Source of the DNA: an uncultured archaeon
GTDB lineage: Archaea > Iainarchaeota > Iainarchaeia > Iainarchaeales > JAAZKV01
Length of the DNA: 32,000 nt
Direction of reading: 5' to 3'
NCBI GenBank assembly: GCA_964551375.1
Contig: CAZKBG010000001.1
Coordinates: 210,001-242,000, forward strand
Below are positions 8,723 to 17,827 of the stretch, piece by piece (the stretch's first letter is position 1; each line of letters opens with the position of its first letter). The notes below the pieces were generated by a model. The model ran no database searches and was not told the origin of the DNA. It worked only from the letters and a program-made list of their open reading frames with translations. The position numbers and the translations under genes are program-made.

Positions 8723-8967
8723 GCAGTGGGGAGTAAGCCACTTTTTGTTCACCGGATAGTAACGCGAAAGCGCGTTTCCGATTGGCATTAACCTAAGCCT
8801 CCTTTCGGAGTTGCACCACAGCCCCCGTTGCATCTTTTCATTGCTGAAAAGTTCGTTTCTGTTGAGCTGCCCATCCTTTCGGATTTAACGGGATTCCCTT
8901 TGCAGAGAAGGTGAGCGGACTTTCCTCAGCAACCCCTGCGGGGCGCCGTCAGCCAATCTCCCACTAC
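8723..8967 (-). ncRNA. rnpB: RNase P RNA (compact archaeal form)
   Basis: The reverse strand contains GAGGAAAGTCCG (CR-I), ACAGAAA, and GGTGAACAAAAAGTGGCTTAC (CR-V-like ACAnAA..GGCTTA). A terminal P1 pairs GTGGGAG with CTCCCCAC. The segment is a GC-rich island in AT-rich DNA with no ORF. Confidence 0.85.
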
Positions 8968-9131
8968 TAAAATAATTCCTGCATAGGACGTTTATTAACT
9001 TAATTGAGAGGCAAAAAGACCGTTAAATCAAGTCAAAACTAAAAAACAATCTGAAGGCTTAAATTAAGCCTGTTTTATTTTAAGTTTAATTTTATTTTCT
9101 TCTGAGATTTATTTTATTTTAAAAAAATTGC

Positions 9132-9734
9132 TTAAACATGCCCGCCTTGTTTAAGAAGAGCATGAATTTCATGAACAAATCCTTCAACATGATCCTTAGT
9201 CAATCTTCTGCTCTGACTAGCCGCATCTTCAATTACCCTAATTGAATGGCTGTTTTGAATTAACTTAGCAAGAATCTTTGGCTCAATCTGCGCAACTTCA
9301 GGACCAAGTTGTGCAATTAATTCTCTTACAAGAACCATTTTAGTCATGGTAGGAAGACGAGTGTGTCTCATTACTTCAGCCAAATTCTTTTCAAGCTCTT
9401 TTGTTACCTTCTGTTCTTCAGCCTTATGAAGCCTTTTTGCTAACTGCATTTCGCCTTCGTATTCTAAAAGTTCTTTTCTATCGCGCAAAAATTGAATATA
9501 CTCTTCCTCGCTCATTTGATATCCTCTTCCACGAAGAGCTTCCATTTCACGAGCCCTGGCAAGAACTCCGGCTCTATTCTTAGCCATCTGTTCATACTTT
9601 CCTTTTAACTGCCCTGCAAAACCAGTTCCCACACCGCGCAGTTCTTTAACGCCAGTCATCCCATACAATGCATTACTCCTTTCGGCGCGCTTTCCTAAAT
9701 TAGAAAAAGCTTTTTTGAAGTTAAGCCTGACCAT
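9132..9734 (-). CDS. Hypothetical alpha-helical protein (orphan)
   Basis: 200-aa ORF, charged and helical (..EEEYIQFLRDRKELLEYEGEMQLAKRLHKAEEQ..). I recognise no family motif. It uses CGC Arg codons several times. Confidence 0.55.
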   Translation of the reverse strand: MVRLNFKKAFSNLGKRAERSNALYGMTGVKELRGVGTGFAGQLKGKYEQMAKNRAGVLARAREMEALRGRGYQMSEEEYIQFLRDRKELLEYEGEMQLAKRLHKAEEQKVTKELEKNLAEVMRHTRLPTMTKMVLVRELIAQLGPEVAQIEPKILAKLIQNSHSIRVIEDAASQSRRLTKDHVEGFVHEIHALLKQGGHV

Positions 9735-9860
9735 ATAGAAGAATACGTTTAGGGCGTTTATAATAATATCTGAAAAATAATTTGAATTTACACAGGTTAA
9801 TTAGTTTAAGGCCGGTTAATTAAATAAAATTAGAAAAGTGTTAAAGGAAAAAAGCCTATC

Positions 9861-10007
9861 CTATCGCTTCTTTCCTCTTTTCTTAAGCCATGTGAGAATC
9901 TTCTTAACTTTAGATTTCTTGGACTTTTTGCTTGGAGCTCTCCCGCCCCTATGCTTTACTTTCTTAGCTTTTTTTGCAACTTTTCTTTTAACTTTTCGCT
10001 TAGCCAT
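9861..10007 (-). CDS. 48-aa ultra-basic small protein (candidate)
   Basis: Below the ORF-track size cut-off. Reverse translation: MAKRKVKRKVAKKAKKVKHRGGRAPSKKSKKSKVKKILTWLKKRGKKR*, about 60% K/R. The plus-strand 75-aa ORF 9838..10065 is its antisense shadow. Confidence 0.4.
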   Translation of the reverse strand: MAKRKVKRKVAKKAKKVKHRGGRAPSKKSKKSKVKKILTWLKKRGKKR

Positions 10008-10025
10008 ACTGTTCTCGTCCCTAAT

Positions 10026-10261
10026 AAAAATTGTTGGCGCTGGACTCGGTGAAAGAGTTCCATGAACTCTTTTCGATGCTGATAATCGAACATAACCAAT
10101 CAGCAGGTTCTAATGGTTATCTCCTTCATGCAAAATGGAAGCATTGCAATTACTGGTTTTAGACGAAGAGTTATAGTCCAGTCTTCGTTTCAATGGCCGT
10201 TAAAATTGCAAGAGGCTGACTTTGTCATATCCTTTCCAGGACAACCGATCTGTCCACCAAC
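10026..10261 (-). ncRNA. Unassigned structured RNA, either an independent ncRNA or a long structured leader of the small basic ORF
   Basis: Closing helix: 5' GTTGG-TGGAC-..-TCGG (10261-10245) pairs with CCGA-GTCCA-GCG-CCAAC (10049-10033). Internal helices: TTGCAATT/AATTGCAA (10204-10211 with 10144-10151), ACGAAGA/TCTTCGT (10163-10169 with 10182-10188), a GGAA-tetraloop hairpin (10229-10242), a 9-bp hairpin (10052-10072) and two interleaved 7-bp helices (10077-10120). G-U pairs favour the minus strand. A TATA-like TAAATATA lies 22-29 nt upstream and TTTTT sits at the 3' end. Confidence 0.5.
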
Positions 10262-10265
10262 TGCA

Positions 10266-10290
10266 ATACTATACTCTGATAGTATATTTA
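10266..10290 (-). promoter_or_regulatory. TATA-like box plus overlapping inverted repeat upstream of the structured RNA
   Basis: Minus strand TAAATATA (10283-10290) lies 22-29 nt upstream of the first base of the closing helix. The inverted repeat atactat-N6-atagtat (10266-10285) overlaps it. Confidence 0.35.
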
Positions 10291-10514
10291 CGCTTTATGG
10301 TTAGAATTCTGAACCTTTTAGGTTAAATAGAACAAGTAAATATTATTTGTGCGCCCCGCGCGCTAATTCTAAAATCGTCCAAATCAGCATCCAGACGGAT
10401 GTCAAGATAAAGAAAAAAATAATTGTTTGACTTATTGTCAAAGGCGCATGGGCTAATAGTCTGTACAGTCGCATATCGAAACTCATTCAAAAAATTTTTC
10501 ATTTAGTCTATATT

Positions 10515-13472
10515 GTTGCAACCTAGTGCTTTTAGTATCGCAGAGCTTAACACATCGCCCGAAGGCTTTGTGCGCACACTCACGACCTATCAATCTCTTC
10601 TTCTAAGAGAGCACTCGTCTCTACAAACTGGTTTTTCACAGTCTCTCGAGATAGATTAACTCTTTTTAGGGACGGCTTCGTGCTTAGATGCATTCAGCTC
10701 TTATCCGCTACAGCGTAGCTACCCAGCATTGCCTTGTCAGACAACTGGCACACCAGTGGCTGCGACGCTCTGTTCCTCTCGTACTCGGAGCATCTTCCCC
10801 TCAGTTAATCAACAACTCCAACAGATAGTATCCAAACTGGCTCGCACCGTTCTTAACCCAACTAACGTACGGCTTTAATGAGTAAACCCCTCCACCCTTG
10901 GCTGCTCATGCACAGCCAGGATGCCATGAGACGACGGCGAGGTAGCAAACCGCGGGGTCGATGTGAACTCTTACCCGCGACAACTCAATTACTCCCAGGA
11001 TAGGTTCATTGTAAGACTAGGGCCCTATTAAGAGGCGCACTAGCGTTCGCTAGACCCAAGTTTCCTTCCCGCGTTTCGTGCCATTAGAAACACAGTTAAG
11101 CATGCTTTTGCTCTTGCACTCTACGGTGAATTTCTGACTCACCTGAGCATACCTTTGGGCGCTCCTGATATCTTTTCAGGAGCGTGCCGCCCCAGCCAAA
11201 CTACCCACCAAATGCTGTCCCCGAAAAAGGTAAGCAGTATATTTTCATGAGGATGGTGTTACATTGTTGCCTCAGCAATTCCTGACGAAACTGCTTCGAT
11301 GGCTCCCATCTACACTGTACGCACAAAACTATACCACAACATCAGGCTGTAGTAAACTTCCGTGGGGTCTTCTCTTCCCGTTGGAGTTCCGCAGCATATA
11401 CACAGCGAGGTATGTTCATTTGGCTCAACCTAGGGACAGTAGGAATCTCGTTACTTCATTGGTGCAAGCCGCCAATAAAACGGCAAGGTATTACGCTACC
11501 GTGAGAGCCTCAGAGTTAGGCCCGCTCTTCACGAGGGCTTAGATCCGTTGAAACAGATTTTCACCTACTCGCAGTGAGCAGAAGTCAGTCTCTATACAAA
11601 CCATTGCTGGCTAGCAGAGACCTGTGTTTTTGTTAAACAGTCGGACTCCTCTTGTTACTGAGACCTGCAATCTGCATTGCAGGCACCACTTATACCAAAG
11701 ATACGTGGCTAATATGCCGAGTTCCCTTAGGTCGATTCCCCAAATACGCTTTAGCCTTCTCAGCCAGGAGCACCCCTCCCGGTTCTTGGTACGGTTCCAT
11801 ACAATCAAACACATTCTTTTTTCATGGACACCAGGCCTCGCCAAAACATTGCTGCCATTCCTCATTTGCTCTCCTTCTCGCCATTACAGCTCTCCGAAGA
11901 ACTATCTAAGTTAAATCACCAGACAAGGTGACTCTAGCTAGCCCAATATGTCAAAAATGTGCATTTCGTTGCCGAGTTTATGTATGAAGTACGCGACTAT
12001 GAACGCGTTTCCCCTTCCTGTCCGCCCTATTAGGGAGACAGTTAGGACCGACTAACTCTTAGCTTATGATAAGCGCTAAGAAACCCTGGTCCTTTCAGCG
12101 GAGTGGATTCTCACCACTCTATCGTTACTACTAATGCAAGGATCCATATCGCGAAAAGCTCCACGCGTTCTTACGAACACGCTTCTAAGCCATCCGCGCA
12201 CCAATTTACAAAGACTTCTTCAACCGAAGAAGTTTCAAAGTATCGGCAGTTGGTTTTAGCCCCGATAATCTTCGCGGCCACTACTCTAGGTGGGTGAGCT
12301 GTTACGCTTTCTTTAAAGGATGGCTGCTTCTAAGCCTACCTCCCCACTGTTTTAGAGTAACGACTCGCTTTACTAACACTTAACCAACATTTAAGGGCCT
12401 TAACTTTGAGCTGGATTCTTATCCTTACGGAGATAAACCTTACGCCTACCCCCCTACTCCCGACTTCTACGAAGAATATAGATTCGGAGTTTGGGAAAAA
12501 AGCCAACCCTTTCGAGTCAATACTTTTTAACCAGTATCTCTACACCATATTCCTTCTCCATCGAGGCAACCCTCAGAGGTTTTTCAATTGGAGCCTGCTA
12601 TCGCCAGGTTCGGTTCGCTTATTACGCCTAGTCCCAAGTCACCTAAGAAGATAGACTATCACTAGTTGCGGGCTTCCACCATCTGGAAAGACGGTTTCAC
12701 CCTGCTAAGGACTAGCTCACCTGGCTTCAGGTCTGGTCGCAGTGACTAAAGCTGTGAACTCATACCCTCGCCGCTCGAAGCGGTTGCGGTATATTCGGTT
12801 TCCCTACGGATGCGTCCTTAAAAAGACTTATCCTCGCCACTACAACAAATTCCCTTGCTCGTGCTTCACGACGTACGACCCGACGCTGAAACTATTTACC
12901 TACCTTACCTCTCGATAAGTTCAATAAACAGCCTTTCCTTTCACGCCGAGCCTCGCCCGTAACCAAATAGTTTCAGGTGCTTTTCAGCTCCTATTAAGGA
13001 TACTTTTCAACCTTCCCTCGCGGTACTAGTCCACTATCGGTCTCGAGACATATTTAGGGTTGGAAGTTAATCCTCCCATATTCCCGCGCACTATCAAATG
13101 CACGGTACTCGCTTATTAGAAATCAACCTGTTTTGTTCCAAATACGGGGCTATCACCCTCTATGGCGGTCCGTTCCAGGACACTTCTATTCACAAAACAG
13201 CTTGTTGACTAACACCACAACTCCCACTCCTTACGGGTAGGATTCAGTGCGCCCTCTTCCGCTTTCGCTCGCCGCTAATCACGGAATCCCTATTTGGTTT
13301 CTTCTCCTTCCGGTACTGAGATGATTCAATTCCCGGAGTTCCTCCTCATTTATGAGACATTCAGAAATCCTTGGTTCAAAGGATGCATGCTCCTCGCCAA
13401 GGCTTATCGCAGCTTGCCACGTCCTTACTCAGTGCTCGAGCCTAGTCATCCACTATTTGGCGTAACGTTGCC
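10515..13472 (-). rRNA. 23S (LSU) ribosomal RNA, archaeal
   Basis: The reverse strand reads ..GTGGATGACTAGGCTCGAGCACTGAGTAAGGACGTGGCAAGCTGCGATAAGCC near the 5' end. The sarcin-ricin loop AGTACGAGAGGAAC is at 10772-10785. The 3' region reads GATTGATAGGTCG..GTTAAGCTCTGCGATACTAA. Ends are estimated from terminal GCAAC/GTTGC pairing, +/- ~15 nt. Confidence 0.95.
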
Positions 13473-13759
13473 TACTTACTGAAATAATCAAGCAGTGCCA
13501 ATTATTTCAGATTTAGACTAAATTACATACTTTTTGAAATCGCTTATGTTATATTACTGCACAAACTATTAACCCATGCAACAACCTTCAATTCACGCTA
13601 GAAATTTTCAGGTGAGTCATCGCTGAACACCTTACTTTCCTAACGCAATCCAGTTGCTTTCGCCTTCCATCAGGAAAAAACTCCCGATGGGAACAATCAC
13701 AATATGATTGTATCATAATCATTACGAATTATGATGCAAAAATTCCCTTTGCAGGGAAG

Positions 13760-13832
13760 TGGACTCTGAGGGATTCGAACCCCCGACCTCTCGCGTGCAA
13801 GGCGAGCGCTCTACCAACTGAGCTAAAAGCCC
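13760..13832 (-). tRNA. tRNA-Ala (anticodon TGC) in the 16S-23S spacer
   Basis: Reverse strand: GGGCTTTTAGCTCAGTTGGTAGAGCGCTCGCCTTGCACGCGAGAGGTCGGGGGTTCGAATCCCTCAGAGTCCA. The G3:U70 identity pair is present, the anticodon loop is CTTGCAC and the T-loop is GTTCGAATC. Confidence 0.95.
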
Positions 13833-14116
13833 ATGTAGACAAATTCGATTCTCACATGTTGCAAGAACCAAATTGCGCTTGCACCGCAGGTCGAACCTAT
13901 CTAATCCATTTATTTATTTATTCTACTCGCTTCGCAAGTAAATAAATTTAAGGTTGGTTAGTGATATGAGACTGCAATGATTACCAAATCATTACACTTC
14001 GCATATTAATGCTTGTAGCTCTAAAACAACTTTTCGCACATATGAAAAGAAAAAACTCCATTAAAGGAATTTTATTTTTCAAAACAAATAATTCTCGAAA
14101 GAATTTTTTTGTTTAT

Positions 14117-15602
<1,486 letters not shown>

Positions 15603-16173
15603 TAACTCCGAACTTCAACATGATTTGCATCAAATTGAAAGCAGATCCATGACTTGCATGGAAATTTGTATTATTAGTACTAAAACTCTTTTGGAATTGG
15701 TGTGAGCTATATCTCACTTACTTGCAAAGAATAATCGCTTATTCTTTCCAAAACCACTAACCAACATCACACCAAAAAAAACTTTGGTGCTCACGACTTG
15801 CGAGCTCGCGCTCCCAAGATATGTGAAAATCATCGAATCTTAAATACAGCCTCGAAGGCTAACTTAAGGTCTTCAATTCGAGAACTTGAATTCACCAGTA
15901 AATCCGATGAATCAATCTGCTCTTGCAACTGCACAACAAAGCAAAGCTTTGTGTGTTTCGTACCCATTGGGTACTCAATGCCACCAGGCAAACCAATTGC
16001 TTATCTAATTGGTGCGGACAACCTTTATAAACCTTTCCCCAAAACCAAAAATCTTCCAAACCTTATGTATCAGTTGCAAATGCTGTGTTTGTCGCATTAT
16101 AAGATTCGAAATTCACACACAAAATTAGTTATGTTTAAGTCAAGTGTTTTTGATGAAAAAAATGACAAAAAAA

Positions 16174-16240
16174 TATAAAAAAACTTTAAAAAAAATATTA
16201 AAAAATTATAAAAAAACATTATCAAAAAATATTATGAAAT
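16174..16240 (-). promoter_or_regulatory. Tandem (33-nt period) TATA-like elements, candidate rRNA operon promoters
   Basis: tataaaaaaac occurs at 16174-16184 and 16207-16217 within two similar 33-nt units. On the minus strand these read GTTTTTTTATA. They lie upstream of the ~550-nt 16S leader. Confidence 0.35.
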
Positions 16241-16370
16241 CATTTATATATTTCAAAACCATTATTTAAGCATGGAAAAAACGCAATACAATAACCAAAA
16301 TATTTGCCCGCCAACTGAATAATATCTTGTCCCAATTTACAAAATAAGTTTTTTCACAACAAGCGCAGCA

Positions 16371-16613
16371 GTGCTTCCGTGGATAGGAGTAGCGCTTGAC
16401 CAGCTGTACCACAGGACAGTTATAGAAGGAATGTTTGGGACCATAGTAATATTACTCAGCGCAATTGCAATTATTTTTGTTCTCTGGCAAATGATAAAAG
16501 TAACAACTCAAAAAAATAATCCTGCAAGAAAAGCGCTTCCAATATTAATGGTACTAGAAATAGGAAGCATGGTCTCATTTATTGCAGCGCTGCTTTCATA
16601 TCTATTTTTGTAA
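16371..16613 (+). CDS. Small 2-TM membrane protein (candidate)
   Basis: 80-aa ORF with a GTG start, or 60 aa from the internal ATG (MFGTIVILL..). It has two hydrophobic helices and no recognisable family. Confidence 0.3.
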   Translation: MLPWIGVALDQLYHRTVIEGMFGTIVILLSAIAIIFVLWQMIKVTTQKNNPARKALPILMVLEIGSMVSFIAALLSYLFL

Positions 16614-16616
16614 TCT

Positions 16617-17726
16617 TTAAGGCAAGAAAGCAAAAATCACCAAATGAATTAATGAAAACGCAATTGCAATCAAATGAAACGCCGCATAGAAATATCCGTT
16701 TGTCGAAGCCCGAGGATTTTTTCTAACAAACCAAGCAAGCGGAGCTCCTAAAATTATTATAGCAATTGCAAGCATGTACTGCGGGGGCAAAAATCCAAAA
16801 GTAGCATTCTTAAAAATCCAAAAATTAATGAACAAGCCAAAATATGATAAAATTGCGATAATTATAACATACCTTGAAGTTCTCTTAGCCCATTTTTCAG
16901 AAATCTTCGCAACTGAACTAGTAATATCAAGCTTCTTTTCAAGCTCTTTTGAAGAAAACCTATACCACAAATAACTACCAACCTGAACTCCAATCATTAA
17001 AACAACCGGCAGAATTGCAATTCCTACTGAAAAAATCTGATATGCTGAAATGAATAATAACAACCCCGCAAAGTATCGGCAAATCGGATTAACCATGGAG
17101 CCTGAAATAATATCAAGCATTTTTCTTGATTTGAATTTGAACGGCTTTGTTGTGTAAAGCAATTGATTCAACATCATCACAAGAAGAACTCCGATAAACG
17201 CAATGTTCCCCAAGATTATCCCAATCAAAAATGAAGCTGCAATTAAATCAAACGCAAAGAAAAGCGCATTATTTGGCTTAATCTTTCCAGAAGGAATAGG
17301 GCGGAATTTTTTATCAGGATGCATTAAGTCCATCTTCCAGTCAGTAAAATCATTTAGCGCATAAAGCCCCGCCCACAAAAGCGCTACAGAAGCAAAGCCT
17401 AAAATAAAAACAGGAAAACTGATAAAAGCTGAATAAACATAAAACGCAACAAGGAGCCCAAACACCATATTCATCAAAGTCTTGCTCCACTCAAACGGGC
17501 GCATCAGCTGAATATATGCAAAAATGACATTCATGAAAGGATGATTTATTTTAGGAAGAGGATCTTCAGAATTTAGAAGCTTATTCTCGATTTTTTTTAT
17601 ATTCTCATTATCCTTAATTCTCTTCTCAAGCTCTTTAACCCTTTTATTGTTCTTTATCCTTTTCTCAATATCTCTAAGATTAGCAATCTTCTTCATCCGC
17701 GCAACTTTTTTTATCATCAAAATCAC
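16617..17726 (-). CDS. UbiA-family prenyltransferase (possibly a DGGGP-synthase-type ether-lipid enzyme) with a K-rich N-terminal extension
   Basis: UbiA motif LYALNDFTDWKMDLMHPDKKFRPIPSGKI, a second Asp-rich region and ~8 TM helices. The first 64 aa are a repetitive charged segment (IEKRIKNNKRVKELEKRIKDNENIKKIENK). An alternative start exists at Met65 (17534). Confidence 0.8.
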   Translation of the reverse strand: MILMIKKVARMKKIANLRDIEKRIKNNKRVKELEKRIKDNENIKKIENKLLNSEDPLPKINHPFMNVIFAYIQLMRPFEWSKTLMNMVFGLLVAFYVYSAFISFPVFILGFASVALLWAGLYALNDFTDWKMDLMHPDKKFRPIPSGKIKPNNALFFAFDLIAASFLIGIILGNIAFIGVLLVMMLNQLLYTTKPFKFKSRKMLDIISGSMVNPICRYFAGLLLFISAYQIFSVGIAILPVVLMIGVQVGSYLWYRFSSKELEKKLDITSSVAKISEKWAKRTSRYVIIIAILSYFGLFINFWIFKNATFGFLPPQYMLAIAIIILGAPLAWFVRKNPRASTNGYFYAAFHLIAIAFSLIHLVIFAFLP

Positions 17727-17827
17727 TTTAGCATAGCTTTAGGAAGTAAGTTAAAGTTTAATAACCAATACAACATAAGATTATTGAATAATGAAATATA
17801 AAAATGTAATTATGAAATTGTGATTTT

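Noticed and set aside
9838-10065. 75-aa plus-strand ORF (FL-rich)
   Set aside because: It is the antisense shadow of the Lys-codon-rich small basic ORF (AAG/AAA read as CTT/TTT), has a non-ATG start and gives a low-complexity F/L peptide.
10026-10261. Assigning the structured RNA as 5S rRNA or SRP (7S) RNA
   Set aside because: Against 5S: the RNA is about twice the 5S length, with no loop C (CC..CCGAAC) or loop E pattern and no three-way junction of the right size. Against SRP: a GGAA-tetraloop hairpin exists, but the flanking conserved AGG/AGCA helix-8 loops and Alu-domain loops are absent. It is left unassigned pending a covariance-model search.
10113-10304. 63-aa plus-strand ORF overlapping the structured RNA region
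   Set aside because: No recognisable protein features, and it overlaps dense base-paired helices and the promoter-like element of the minus-strand RNA. The RNA interpretation explains the sequence better.
15798-16178. 126-aa plus-strand ORF upstream of 16S
   Set aside because: It has a non-ATG start and a compositionally odd, low-complexity peptide. It lies antisense within the rRNA leader, between the processing-stem sequence and the promoter-like repeats. Most likely spurious.
16272-16322. 16-codon ORF (MEKTQYNNQNICPPTE) in the AT-rich gap upstream of the small membrane ORF
   Set aside because: Too short and featureless to support, and I can identify no conserved context.
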